NCBI GenBank assembly: GCA_964016885.1
Contig: OZ024742.1
Location: forward strand, 36,580,001-36,644,000
Source: Eledone cirrhosa
Lineage: Eukaryota
DNA length: 64,000 bases
Direction: 5' to 3'
Every line of letters begins with the position of its first letter. Within the stretch, counting starts at the first letter, position 1. The notes beneath the pieces are model-generated. The model was not told the origin of the DNA and did not search any database. It was given only the letters and a program-made list of their open reading frames with translations. This document shows positions 12,083 through 26,345 of this stretch, in pieces. Made by a program: the position numbers and the translations under genes.

Positions 12083-12196
12083 ATTATAAAGAAACCATTA
12101 TTATTAATAAAGAAAACATTATTAATTATAAAATTAATTTATGTGTGTGTGTGTATGTGCGTGTGTGTGCGTGTGCGTGTGCGTGTCTGTGTGTCT

Positions 12197-12249
<53 letters not shown>

Positions 12250-12355
12250 TGTGTGCAATGTTTGATGATTTATTGATAAACAATAAAAAGTAATGATGAA
12301 ATAGCTTATTTAGCTTATAGGTATGTCCCGCACTGATATATATATATAGAGAGAG

Positions 12356-12452
12356 AGGGTGTCCCCAATAAATGTATACACATTTCAACAGCATTCTAAT
12401 AAATATTGCCTGTACAGGTAATCAAAGTGTGTATACATTTTGGGAACACCCT
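12356..12452. mobile_element. 97-bp Tc1/mariner-derived MITE
   Basis: TIRs 'agggtgtcccca..aaatgtatacaca' / 'tgtgtatacattttgggaacaccct'; built from both termini of the family at 23318-23979. Confidence 0.75.
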
Positions 12453-12473
12453 ATCTCTATATATAAATATAGA

Positions 12474-12972
12474 TATGTTTCTTTTATTTGCCACCAGGGC
12501 ATCAAAAGTGGGACAAGTACAATGGGGGGAATTTACAAAACAAGGCGTCCTCAATAAGGAGGAGGCAATAACAATATATAAAAATAAAATAAAATATAAC
12601 AAAAAATAAAATTTATAACAAAGTCCTCAATAGAGAGGAGGCGCCTTGGGGGGTCGCACACACCCCCGAAAAAAAGTGTGCAACCCTTTTCCTCAGGAGC
12701 ACAGAGAAGGGGTGCTCCCTTGGTCTTTCATCTTCCTCACCTATAGTCTGATGTAGAGTGAAGGCCCATTCACACGGGCCATTCTCGCCACTTTCACCCA
12801 TCTTTCATAGAAACGGCTGGGGTGCAGCACCTCTCTCTCCATCCTGATCCTTCTTCCGAAATGATATCGGAAGAAACGGACCAGTTGTTGGCCAGAGAGA
12901 AAGGTGTCTGACCTCAGTCCTTTCAGACGCGTCCACCATACAACCTCTTTCGCCATGGCTATTACGCACAGG
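12474..12972 (-). mobile_element. 5'-truncated Tx1/L1-like LINE (3' end)
   Basis: Peptide 'AMAKEVVWWTRLKGLRSDTFLSGQQLV..' matches ORF 60772-61641; AATAAA near the 3' end; (GATA)n at the truncation point. Confidence 0.85.
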
Positions 12973-12987
12973 ATAGATAGATAGATT

Positions 12988-13107
12988 ATGATTTCCTTCG
13001 AACGAAACAGTTCTAGTCCTGTAGAAGCCATATTCTATATTAAAAATGTATACTCTGCTATATATCGAGTACCTTACTTACTGTGGTTACCCCCGATTAA
13101 ACGCGAG

Positions 13108-13110
<3 letters not shown>
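12988..13110 (+). mobile_element. Truncated copy of the 8729-8865 hammerhead family
   Basis: 'atga-tttccttcgaac-GAAA-cagttctagtcctg-TA-gaa' followed by the same tail 'tatactctgc..gagtaccttacttactgtggttacc'; the CUG of the core is lost at the (GATA)n junction. Confidence 0.65.
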
Positions 13111-13186
<76 letters not shown>

Positions 13187-14968
13187 TATATATATTTATA
13201 TATATATATATATAGTTCAGATCTAGCTGTCGAAACGGCCGGAGCTCAGCCGTCGGGGCCTTGACTCTTTATATATATATATACCTAGAAATGGAGAACT
13301 CAATACATTTGTGTGAGAGTGAGAAAGTGTGTATGAGAGAGTGTGTGTCTGTGAGTGTGTGTGAGTGTGTGAGAGAGTGTGTGTGAGTGTGTGTGAGGGT
13401 GTGTGAGAGAGTGTGTGTGTGTGAGTGTGTGAGAGAAAGTGTCTGTGTGTGTGTGTGGGTGTGTGAGACAGTGTGTGTGTGTGTATGGAAACTTCAAGAA
13501 AAGATGAACTCAATATATGTGTAGAGTATATATGTTTTCCTGAGGTAATTGGAGGGACTGGCCAGTTCCATCTCCGTAGAGGATTCTTCGGACTGTCCGA
13601 AGATTCCGAACATGAGATAAAGCTAGTCATTCACCTGGACATATGTGTGTTTGTCAGTATGTGTATGTGTATGTATCGATTTGTGTGTGTGTGGGGGGGG
13701 GGTCGCTGTGTGTGTGTGTCGATTTGTGTGTGTGTGTGTGTGTGTGTGTCGGTATCTATGAAAGTGTACATGTTCATAAAGTATGTCTGTATGTTTACGG
13801 TGATATGCAAACGCACCTGTTGTTCCTGGGTCACTATGTCAGTATGCACACACACACACACATGTACACACACATGCACGCACACACGCACATGATGCAA
13901 ACACACACACACACGTACGCATGCATATACACACAGAGACACACACACATGCACACACACATATGTGCACACACGCACATAATGCAAACACACACACGCG
14001 CGTACGCCTGCACATACACACAGAGACACGCGCACACACACACACACACACACATGCAACACACACACACACACACGCACACACATACGTACGCATGCAC
14101 ATACACTCAGACACACACACACACACACGCACATGCATATACATACTCACACACACACTCACACGCACATGTCGTTATCTTTATGTGTGTATATGTTTCA
14201 GCATTTGTATGTGTTTGTGTGTATACAAATAAATATACAAATACATAGTATATATATAGTGTCACGCGCTTGTGTATGTTAGCGTAAGAGTGTGTGCGTC
14301 TAGAAATGTGCCAATGTATTCTCTCGGTCAAGTGCGTGTGTGCGACCAAGAATATGCGTGTGTGCCTTCAAAAAGCCAACTCTGCGTAGTTGTAGAAAAA
14401 CATACTACTACTACTACTACTACTACTACCAGCAGCAGCAGCAGCCATGGTGGCTATGATCGTGGTCGTGGTGATCGTGGTGGTCGTGGTGGTGGTGGCG
14501 GTGGTAAAAAGTGTATTGCGAAATAGAACATCCCACTGATTAATACTAAAACGAGGCTGACCTCTGTATTATGCATAATGTACAGAGGTCATTCTGCTAC
14601 GTTCGCAAATATGTATATAAGTACTTTCACACAGCCACAAGCATACTCGCACACACGCAGTGGCGCACATACAGTCACATCTAACAACCATATTCACATA
14701 TACAAAGCATTAATCAGTAAGTGCACACACGCACGCACGCACACATACACGCAGCTACATCCAGCAAGCAACAGTCGCACACACACATATACATTTACAA
14801 GCATGCTCACACCGCCACTCATATTGCGCGCACGCACAACCGCAAGCAGCAAGCAACAGTCTCGCACACACAGCCACAAACAGCCAACACATACATACTC
14901 ACACATACTCTCACTGCCACTCACAGCCTCGTGTTCCCACTTCTCTCTAATCACATATCTCTCCATCT

Positions 14969-15012
14969 GTATATAAATAAACCGTAGCAAGGCTGTCTTG
15001 CCATTTCAGACG
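14969..15012 (+). promoter_or_regulatory. Candidate TATA box / initiator for the PH-domain gene
   Basis: TATATAAATAAA at 14969-14980 with CCATTTCAG about 30 bp downstream, at the transition from repeat to unique sequence; about 550 bp upstream of the ATG. Confidence 0.35.
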
Positions 15013-15531
15013 GTGATATTAAACAGTTTGTTACAGCTTAAACAAAGCAGTGTACTGCCTTTGAGCTTTATAATAACCACAATCAGCACATCATATGCTA
15101 CAACACAGAGCACATCGTTAGTTCATGCCGTGTGTGGAGAAGGTTTTTACTTATTGAGAACAATTCTGAACCGAAGATAACCAATTCTTTCAACAAGTTG
15201 TCTCTGTCAGGAATCCAGACATCAATTGATTCCACATGATCTGATTATTACCATCATTCGAAGGAGTTTGTGACCAAGGCAAACCCAATTCCGTAACTTA
15301 ACAGATTTGTTTATTCTTTCTAAACGTATACCTCGCGTAAACTGTTGTTTTTATCACACCAAGTTCTGTTTTGATTTTAACTATCACAAAAACTTTACTA
15401 CTCTATTTGGAAAAAAGAATTCATTGAACTTTTATTCAAATTCAGTTAATATATTTATTTGAAAAACCACATATATATATATTATATATTAACTAAACAC
15501 GAACTCATCATATATATATTATCCTAACGCT

Positions 15532-16029
15532 ATGAAGGGATTTCCTTGTATCGACGCTCTACCAGCATCTCTGTCTGCCGTTGAAGAAAACATGCCTTTG
15601 CCAAACGAACAGGGATCCCCCGTCAAATCCGGGCATCTCTATCTAATCATAGGACAAAACAGACAACTGGCTGTTTTTGTCAATGTCTACTGGAGTGGAT
15701 TTGAGCATTTTGCCGTCATCTACCGTGACAAGAAATTCTGCAACGCTTCCGCATTCATCCGCATTAAAAGATGTGTTGTCACGAAAGACACACAAAAGGG
15801 AACCCGCTTCGTGATAATTCCCAACAACAGTGAAGGGTGCACAATTGTGTTCCAATGCGAGACCGAACGAGAAGCAGACGATTGGGTGAAGTGTCTGTCG
15901 TATAATTCTTATAAAAACAATCGTTGCTGCATGTCCAAGCCTTCAATCGTGCCCGAACTGGCATTACCCATACCAAAATCTCCTGTTCTGCCAACATTGA
16001 AGGAATACGACGAAGATGAAGATGTTTGA
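15532..16029 (+). CDS. Small single-exon PH (pleckstrin homology)-domain protein, 165 aa
   Basis: Only complex non-TE ORF; PH signatures 'PVKSGHLY' (beta1), 'RFVIIP..TIVFQCETEREADDWVKCL' (beta6-7 plus C-terminal helix with Trp); Pro/Ser and acidic tail. Confidence 0.8.
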   Translation: MKGFPCIDALPASLSAVEENMPLPNEQGSPVKSGHLYLIIGQNRQLAVFVNVYWSGFEHFAVIYRDKKFCNASAFIRIKRCVVTKDTQKGTRFVIIPNNSEGCTIVFQCETEREADDWVKCLSYNSYKNNRCCMSKPSIVPELALPIPKSPVLPTLKEYDEDEDV

Positions 16030-17072
16030 GCGTTGGGACTTCCCTCCTGTGTATCTATAAATATATACACATGCATATACACAAAAGTGAATATATAAAA
16101 TATAATATATATATATATGTATACATTTATATATATATATATTTATATTTATATGTATTCGTGTTTTTTGTTCTTTCAAAAAATCCAGCATTCCCATTTA
16201 AAAGTTCTTTATCTTTCTCTTCCTTCAAACTCCCTTTGAAGGAAGTGGAAGGTTTGTTATTTTATATCTAAATGGTGAAAATGCCTATTTGCAGCCGAAG
16301 AGGGAAAAAATTGAATGATACAGAAAGGAAGAATATTGTCTTCTCGTCTCATTTCTTTTCTTTTCTTTTAATTAACTTTGGTTTTGAAGAGGAAAAGTTC
16401 TTTTAAAAGCTTCTTGCTAACTGGAAAGAAGATGAAGAAGATGAGAACGAAGAAAAAACAGGAGTGGATAACACTGAAGAATAAAAAGAAAGAGAACGAG
16501 CGTGATGAGAGAGAAAAAATGAAAGGGACGATTCTGATACTATATGTAAACGTCTTTCATTCACGTTGTGTTTGTTTTTAAGTTATTTTTTTTTTCAACA
16601 ATATTCCAGAAAGGAAGGAGTTCACTGTAAGAAAAAGAAATAGTTTTATTTATCTATTGTTTTAAAGGAGGGCTCCCACAGAAGTATACAACCTCAACAG
16701 CATTTGCACAAAACATCATAAACATCAACAAAACTATTTATATAAGTCGAGTCCAACACGGATTGTAATATAATACTAATCCTAATGATTATAACTCTGG
16801 TCCTTTTGTTCTCAGTCACTGGAGCGGAACAAGGAGAACATTTAACAACAACAACAACAAGAATGTTTCGTTTCAGGACTGAAACAGGCGGACTTCAAGG
16901 GCTGGGAAGGCAGGGGACTGGATTGACTTGTTGATATTATGTTCAAGGGTCATCTGCCAGAACTGTCATTTTAAACAACAAAGAAGAAACAGAATATAAA
17001 GACTCATAAAACATTAAAAAATTTAAAAATTACAGGACTTGATAAAGACCAAAGGACATTAAGAGTCTTTAG

Positions 17073-17137
<65 letters not shown>

Positions 17138-18332
17138 AAAATATATATATACACATACATATTTATGCTTATCGTGAGTTACATTTTGTTTGTTTTATTT
17201 TTGCATTTTGATGTTTTTCTTTATATATATATATATATAAATAAGCTTCCCCTACCATCATCAGTACCACTACCCCCACCTTTCTCCTTGTGGTCCTCGA
17301 AATAGTAAAATGACCATCCATCCATCATCCCACGATGGTTTGTGTCTTTTAATATGAGTGACACTTTTTAGACAAATTTGGGTTAGTTGGCTCGCTATGT
17401 GGTGGCTTGTTACATCGTCCCCCGCCCTTCGTTCTTCTCCATCTCATCCTCTTAATATTCCACCCCTATATCGATCGGATTGATGATATGGAGCTGGGAT
17501 ATATGCATGTATACATATATAAATATATATATGTATATATATATATATAATGTATATACTTATATATAATGTATATATATATGTATATGTATATATATGT
17601 ATTTGTTTGTGTTGCGAAAGGTTTCAGGCCAGAATGTTCTTTTTTTTTTTTTTTCTTGCGTATATTACATACGAAAAAGAGGGAGAAAGAGAATGTGTGA
17701 GGGGTTTAGTAACGGAGAGAAGAAAACGGAGACATGCAGAATCTCAAATGTTGCTTTATAATAATTATTTTATTCAGTTAATTTATTAATGTATATTTTT
17801 TGTCATTTTATTCATATTTCATCTCTTTTTTTTATTTTTTTATTTTTTTATTTTTTGCTTGTTAATTTTTTTTTCATTTCCATACAATGTCACGTTTGTT
17901 GTTCATTTATAAGAAAAGCAAGAAAAACCGAACACACCCACAAATACAAACACGCACGCCTTTACTTTTCAACATATCTTCTGAATATGTATACATACAT
18001 ACATAAACATACACACACACACGTATATATAATATATATATATATATATACACTATATATATATATTATATATATCATATATTATACTATATATATATAT
18101 ATCATATATTATATTATGTTATATATATATATGTGTGTGTATACATGCATATATATATATATTATACACACTTTGCATATCATATGCATATATACGTACA
18201 GATATATATTGTTGCTGTGGAGTCTTTCTAGTTTCACATATTGTTGCTTACGTGATTCAAGTCCATATCAAAATATGTAACAATGCTTCAGGAATATTTT
18301 CTCAAATGCCATAAAACATTTACTTTTCTCTT

Positions 18333-18485
18333 CACGTTCTGAGTTCAAATCACACCAAGGTCAACTTTGCCTTTCATCTTTCCGGGTTCAATGAAATAAA
18401 TTACCAATTAAGTACTGGGGTCAATATAATCGATTTTCCTATTCCTTCAAAATTGCTGGCCTCGTACCTAAATCAGAAACAATTA
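18333..18485 (+). mobile_element. tRNA-derived SINE with Meta/MESC-like core
   Basis: 'cgttctgagttcaaat..ggtcaactttgcctttcatc..aaataa..accaatt..aattgctggcctcgtacctaaa'. Confidence 0.65.
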
Positions 18486-18907
18486 TTACTACTACTGCAA
18501 CTACTACTTTTCCTAACTAGACAAGAAAACGTTGCTTCTTCTTATTGTTATTCTTGTACTGGTTTGCACGAGACTGCGGCCATGCTACGGCACCGCCATA
18601 AAATCAATGATATTGACCCCGGTATTTTTTTTTTTTTTTTTTTTTTTTTTGCAATAGATCGTTTAACTCTAGTTAAACGATCTATTTTTGTCGAACCGCT
18701 TATATTTATTTATATTATTTTATGACACCATTTCATGCGAATTTTCTCACACCCATCATTGAGATATTCACAAATTGTGTTTAGATCCTATATTACCATT
18801 TCACTTGTTCTGCCTCTAAATGTTTTCATTAAAAGAATCCTCCAAATTCGATATAAACACACACACACCACACACCACACACCACACACCACACACCACA
18901 CACACAC

Positions 18908-18976
<69 letters not shown>

Positions 18977-19349
18977 GGTATGAAGTACTCAATACTGATG
19001 ATAGTCTAAGAATATATTTATTTGGAAGAGGAAGAGCTGAAACTTATACATATATATATATATACGCACGCATACAAACACACACGTCACATGAAATTTT
19101 TGATTTAAAATTTGCTGGATGTTACTGCTGATGCTGCTGGCTGTAGTGCTGCATGCTTGCACAGATTTTTGTTTCCCTATTTTATTAGCGTTATAAGCGA
19201 CCTTCAGCCAACTAATTAGTCAGAAATACCGCCATTTTCAAACTTAACCTTCAATCACTTAAGTCTATTTATGTAACGATTTTATCTTCTCTTTCTATTA
19301 TGTCTTTTCGACTGCGAGGTTGCGTGCTCTCTATCTATCTATCTATCTA

Positions 19350-19412
19350 TATATCTATGTATTTGTCCCCTTCTTTTGTGCCCCTGTGGCTAATAAAGAA
19401 ATATATCTATCT
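19350..19412 (+). mobile_element. Very short 3' tip of the Tx1-like LINE inside (ATCT)n
   Basis: 'gtatttgtccccttcttttgtgcccctgtggctAATAAAgaaa' is the reverse complement of 60534-60577; (CTAT)n on both sides. Confidence 0.8.
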
Positions 19413-19435
19413 ATCTATCTCCCTCTCCCTCTATA

Positions 19436-19480
<45 letters not shown>

Positions 19481-19895
19481 CGTTATAACCAAGAGAGACC
19501 ATCTGTTTTTTTTCAATGTATATCTAGGACTACAATGAAATTTGAGAGAAGAAACTTGTCTGCTATTTCTAGCTAATTTCATGATCAGGTCATTGGTTGT
19601 TATGTCTAGTTGCGATAATATAATCTTTAATCCGATAACTATTGCTCATCATGTTAGCCTTGTGGCTGTTGTTATGAGTGGATTACACGAGATTATGTCT
19701 AACACAATATCAATCCACATCAACCTGTATCGTAGAGGTTATAACATATCTTGTCTCTTACAAGGATTGTCAACGGTTATCTTACGATATGTGCATATGC
19801 ATACACACAAACGCACACCCACACACACACACACACGCTCATACATACATACACACATATATATATATATATATATAAATATATATAAATATATA

Positions 19896-19963
<68 letters not shown>

Positions 19964-20005
19964 TAAATATATATATATATTTATATATATAAATATATAT
20001 ATATA

Positions 20006-20120
<115 letters not shown>

Positions 20121-20189
20121 CATAGCAAAGTTGCATACGGAAAACACAGAACACGCTGGACGGACGAACAAAAGCATCTATCTTCCTCG

Positions 20190-20226
<37 letters not shown>

Positions 20227-20245
20227 TAAAGTTAGTCCTTCATCA

Positions 20246-20292
<47 letters not shown>

Positions 20293-21346
20293 CAGTGAGT
20301 CGAGATTTGTGCTGGTCATTTGTAAAATATAGACCTCCCACCGCCACCACCTAAAAGCTGATAAAGGACCTAGGTCAGATGTGAAATTTAGACCCCATCT
20401 CAAACTGCTCATTAAGTATTTCAGTATATGTTTATATACGTATCACGAGTATATACATATATACATGTACATGCAGTGTATACGATGTACACATAAAATA
20501 ATAAAACAGTTAGAATTTGAGGCGAGTAGGGCCTTAAAAATCGTAGGCCCATGTCAACTGGCCTACCTATCCCCACCTGTTCATATATACATACATGTAG
20601 CGACCTTATATCGTATATTTCTACATACCATATATGGTATATTTCATTCGGCTCTGTTGTGGATGAAGGTGTGTCTCTATATCAATTTAGTTATCGAGTC
20701 TCTGCCCATCTCTATAGGAATCTACCCATCTGCCTTCCAATCTACCTATCCACCAATCTATTCACTATACTACCAACCTACCCTCTGTTGTACCCACTGA
20801 TTTACCTACTTATCTACTAGCAGCTATCTATTATTAATTATCCATCTTACAAGGCCATCTGATCTGTCTGCACTTTTGAAATTTCTTTTTGTCTGCTTTG
20901 TCTATCTAAATCCTTATCACTGTGTCTACATATCGATCATTCTATTGATCTATTTATTTATCTGCTTGTCTATCTATCAGTATTTATGTTTCTCAATCTA
21001 TATTTCTAACTATTGATCTATCTATACCTATCTATTTATCTCTCTCACTTTTCCTCTTTCACCTGTTCCCGCCGACGGTCCAACGCCATGCTTGGGCACC
21101 ATCATTTATCGGTCCATATATCTATTTGTCTAAGCATCTGTCTGTCTATCTAGATTGCTGCTATCTTACTTTTCTGTTACGAATGTACTTGTGCAAAAAG
21201 AAAGATATTTTCTTCCCAGACCAAACACACACACATACACACACACGCACAGATACACACACATAAACACACACATAAACACACACACAGACACACTCAC
21301 CAATGAAAGAACCGTTTGTACTTTTCTACCATTCTCCCGCTGTATC

Positions 21347-21377
<31 letters not shown>

Positions 21378-21590
21378 TCCCCCTCCCGCTCCTTTTATAC
21401 GCAGCTTCCTCAATACGCTAGTCACATGTTAATGAACAAAACAAGGTTACTCTGTTACTCTTTGATGAATATATTCCTGCCATTACCATTCCAATACCGA
21501 CTACTATAGAACAAACGGACAGTCTGGGGGTAAAAATAAAACCAGATTTCCAAGAAAATAGAAAACATACCAATATGTATATGTATATAC

Positions 21591-21646
<56 letters not shown>

Positions 21647-21899
21647 ACAGGGAGAGGGGGAAGGGGATAGATAAAAAGATACATACATGCATAAATGTAC
21701 TATATTATTTCCTTTTATTCAATTTTAGTTGGAACTATGATGGGTAGGGAAGCTTGTATTTAAATTTAGACTTGTCAAACAAAGAATGGTATGGAACAGA
21801 ATAGAATTCTAGGCTAAAAATAGGAACAAACTTAACTTCAACATTGTCTGGGCATACATAATTTATGTATTTATGTTAAATTATACAAAATCTTGCAAT

Positions 21900-22010
21900 T
21901 TATATATATATATATATATGCATATATATATATATGCATATATATATATATATATATGCATATATATATATATATGCATATATATATATATATATGCATA
22001 TATATATATA

Positions 22011-22058
<48 letters not shown>

Positions 22059-22480
22059 TATATATATATATATGCATATATATATATGCATATATATATA
22101 TATATGCATATATATATATGTATATATATAAATATATGCATATATATATATGCATATATATATATATAAATATATGCATATATATATATGCATATATATA
22201 TATAAATATATGCATATATATATATGCATATATATATATGCATATATATATATATATATGCATATATATATATAAATATATGCATATATATATATGCATA
22301 TATATAAATATATGCATATATATATATATATATGCACATATATATATATATATATGCACATATATAAATATATGCACATATATATATATATATATGCACA
22401 TATATATAAATATATGCATATATATATATATTTAAATATATGCATATATATAAATATATAAATAAATATATATTTATATA
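21900..22480. repeat. (TA)n microsatellite periodically interrupted by TGCA
   Basis: Directly visible. Confidence 0.9.
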
Positions 22481-22960
22481 TGCGTGTGTGTGCACAGGAA
22501 AATACGCATACATCTGTTTGTGTATCTATTTATAGATTTATCGATTTAACAATTGATTTTCCCTACTTTTAACATACACCTATATATACATTTATATAGA
22601 TGCACATATACACACACACGCACACATGCAGATTTGGACACTTATATACATACATGCATACATGTATACTTATGCTTCTAAATATATATGCATCTTTGAT
22701 GATATATATGTGTCTGCATATATCCTTCGTTATATTCTCTCTCGTGCATGAACATGTGCATTGGTAAACGAGTGCATTGCATATATAGAGGCATTGCATG
22801 TCTGTATGCCTGCCTTCAGCTATAGACTGCATGCATATCTGTGTTCGGTGCAAGAGTGCAATGCATCCAGCAGGTAGACATGATCATACAGTTGGGCATG
22901 TGTTTCTGTATATCTTAGCAACCCTGCCGTCCGCCTTTCCTTCTCTCCTTCTTCATCTTG

Positions 22961-23036
<76 letters not shown>

Positions 23037-23277
23037 TAGTTTGGAGGGAAATCACAGTATATTCAGCAGCAACTTATACAAAAATACGCATATATATATA
23101 TATATATATTTCATCGTGGGGCATGATTCTTCAGTTGGACAATTCCAGCCAATGATGAAATGATGAGCGACAATTGAGGCAATGAATTTTACTAAAATCC
23201 ACAACAAAAGCGTTTCTCTACAAATGTATCAAGTTCTCTCTTCCTTTGAAATAGTCTTACACTATTACACTATTATA

Positions 23278-23317
<40 letters not shown>

Positions 23318-23323
<6 letters not shown>

Positions 23324-23979
23324 GTCCCCCAAAAATGTATACACACTTTGAGTACCTGTAGAGGCAATATTTATTAGAATGTACAGCATTTCCCAAAAAT
23401 AAAACGATGTACAGACATAATTCAAATTTATGTAAACAAACATAATTTAAATAATACACATAAAACAGAATTTATTTTAATGCATTTTTTAAAGATTTTG
23501 TTTTCAAATTGATATCCTTTCTAGCCCAGACATTGCTGATAGCGGGAAACAATGGAATTACTAACAAGAAACATTTCAATGTGTACTTGAGTGCATTCTC
23601 GTTCAATGGCAACTCCCAGTTCAGTGATTGTTACTGGTTTTGTAGCATACTCTTTATATTTCTTGTTTTCTGGGGCTTGTTGATGCCCATGGTCTTCCAG
23701 AACGATTCGTCTGTAAATTATGTACAGTTACATCAGATTCAAACTTATTAATGAGAAATGGTTAGCCGCGTAGGTGGGTCTGATTGAAACTCTCTTCTAT
23801 ACTGTCTTTGGACTTCAACTATGTTTTCATACTTCCAGTAGCATTTTAGGATGAATTTCCTTTGTTCGTAGCTAAGTCTTGAAGCCATTATCAATTCTGA
23901 TGGGTAAAATCTGAAAAATAAAAAAGCGGATTTCAGTTATCTGCTGTTGAAGTGTGTATATATTAATTGGGACACTGTA
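23318..23979 (-). mobile_element. Internally deleted Tc1/mariner element with TIRs and N-terminal transposase remnant
   Basis: TIRs 'agggtgtcccccaaaaatgtatacacactt' / 'aagtgtgtatatattaattgggacactg', TA flanks; minus-strand peptide from ATG 23888 'MASRLSYEQRKFILKCYWKYENIVEVQRQYRREFQSDPPTRLTI', resembling the DUF4817-type HTH. Confidence 0.75.
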
Positions 23980-24239
23980 AATATATATATATATATATAT
24001 ATTATCATGTACAGGTTGTGATTTTTAATGCTTGACTTGTGGCGATATCGAGCGGTACCTGAGTAATATGTCCGCCGTATAGAATCTGTCTTTTGGCTTC
24101 ACTTGCTGCACTTAACGTTCCCGGGAGAGGTATGAACACCACGACACTACTCCCACTTACTTTCCATGCCCTTGTGCCTAGTTGAGAAACCATATTGTTT
24201 TATATTTTGTAATTTGTTGTTGTTATTTATTAGGATAGT

Positions 24240-24595
24240 AGATTGGTAGAGTTGTCAGAGCGCCGGAGAAAAGCTTCGCAGTATTTCTCCCGGCTCTTTA
24301 CGTTCTGAGTTCAAATCCCGCATAGATCAACTTTGCCTTTCCGGATCGGTAAAAATACCATTAAAGTACTGGATCGATATAATCGACTTCCCCTCCACAC
24401 AATTCGCTGGCCTTTTGTCTAAATTAGAAATCATTATTATTAAGATTAGCAGAATCGGTTGAGCGTCTGATATTTTGTCACGTCTCTTTTACGTTTCTGA
24501 GAGTTCAAATCCCATCGTGGGCTACTTTGTGCCTTTCGTCCATTCGTTAGTGGGGATCGATAAAATAAAATACTAGTGAAAAAATACTGGAGTAC
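24240..24595 (+). mobile_element. Two tandem tRNA-derived SINE copies (Meta/MESC-like)
   Basis: Repeated 'agag/agaat..gagcg', 'ctctttacgtt..gagttcaaatccc', 'ctttg..cctttc..gatcg..aaaata'. Confidence 0.65.
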
Positions 24596-25076
24596 ACATA
24601 AATAAGCGACTGTACACCATCTTCTCCTCTTCCTCCCACCATTCATCATCATCATCATCGTTATTATTTTATGTAGAAAACAAAAGAAAAACTGAAAAAC
24701 AAATAAAAATTCAAATCGTAACACATGTTATGAAAGGGCCGTAGATAAATATCGAACTGTGATCTCAAAAACCACTGCTAAAAAATGGGTTGCACGCACT
24801 CTATACATGCGCTCCACCTGTACAGCGCATGTCAATGTGTATATGTGTATATGTACTCTGGAAACATGAATATATGTCAACATATGTTACCATATATACC
24901 ATGTGGAATATATATATATTCCACAATATACATATACATACATACATACCGTTCATGTGTTACGTATGTATAAATACGCAAGCCCAATGATCATATACAT
25001 ACAATAGAGTCGTGCATTCCATCAAATATATATTTCATGTCTATATTAAACGCATATACAAATGTATATGTGTATA

Positions 25077-25113
<37 letters not shown>

Positions 25114-25231
25114 ATATTGTCAAACATATACATATATAACGTGTCAATTGGTGTGTGTATATATTTATGCCATAAAATCACTGCATTCTTCTTGTTAAAC
25201 CATCATTGTCATCATCATCTGACACTCATTT

Positions 25232-25274
<43 letters not shown>

Positions 25275-26194
25275 CCCATCGCCATCATTATCTTTGTTAT
25301 TTTGTTTATTATTATTACCCTCATTATCATTACAATGTCATTCCCATATGTTTTATGTTGGTTTCTTCTCAAAAAATGATTGTCAATACTGTTTTCATTA
25401 TTTTTTATTTACAATAATAATAGTAATAATAATAATAATGATGATATCATTATTATTATTGTATTCATTATTAATATTGTTATTATTATTAATGGTGATG
25501 CTGTTATCTTGCTGAGCCTATTGTCATCTCAAAGAGAAGATAATTATTACAGAAAACAAACAAAAAATTGGATAAAAAAATTATTTATGATAAAAATAAA
25601 ATAAAATTCTGAATACAAAACACTCGTTATTTTCTTTATTGTTCTGTCAACGGCATGTGTTTGTGTTTCTTTGTGTTTGATGGCTTGTTTGTGAATATAA
25701 ACAATATGTTATTGAGTCCATACTTCATATTCAGTTGCATATATTTACAAACAAGAAGAGAAACAAGGAAGGATAAATGAATAAATAAATAAAAAGACGA
25801 GAAAATTCTACACATTTAGCTGGGTGTTATATCTCAGCTGTACCCAGCGGACAAGATGGCAAACGCATTGCCGTGGAGAAGAGACAGCGATACCAGCATC
25901 ATCAATCATTACGCCACACTTAGCTCCCTCCACGAGCGAGATGCCCCTTCCCAAATTGAGGGCGCACCTCCAGTGGCAAAATGCTATTACTGTTACACAA
26001 ACATACAAAACTACACCCAGAAAAGGAACTCCAGGTGATACTTCCTCGCTAGCATACTATAATCATCCGTGGCTTTCCACTGTGATTAACTACCGCCTCA
26101 TTAAATTAAGTGGCTGATTATTCCGCAGAGATGTAATCCTCAGATAGAATGAGAGAGAAATAATATGTGAGGAATTGAGACCTTTGAATTACAG

Positions 26195-26345
26195 GTAGAC
26201 TCCATCCGATGGGCTTCCACACAGTTTCCATCAACACAATTTAACTAAGTCTTAGGTCGGCATGAGGCTATGGTGAAACACATCTGCCCGAAATGTCACG
26301 GAGTAAAAGTGAACCCTGATCTCCGTGATTATAAAGTGATCTTTT
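26195..26345 (-). mobile_element. Degenerate SINE (family of 56160-56560)
   Basis: 'gcttccacacagtttccatcaacacaattt..ggtcgg..gaggctat' is the reverse complement type of 56490-56550. Confidence 0.4.

Noticed and set aside
21871-22513. Overlapping Tyr/Ile ORFs here and at other (TA)n tracts
   Set aside because: Dinucleotide repeat translations in all frames
25808-26117. GC-richer island with short ORFs
   Set aside because: No recognisable protein motif or splice structure; cannot support a call
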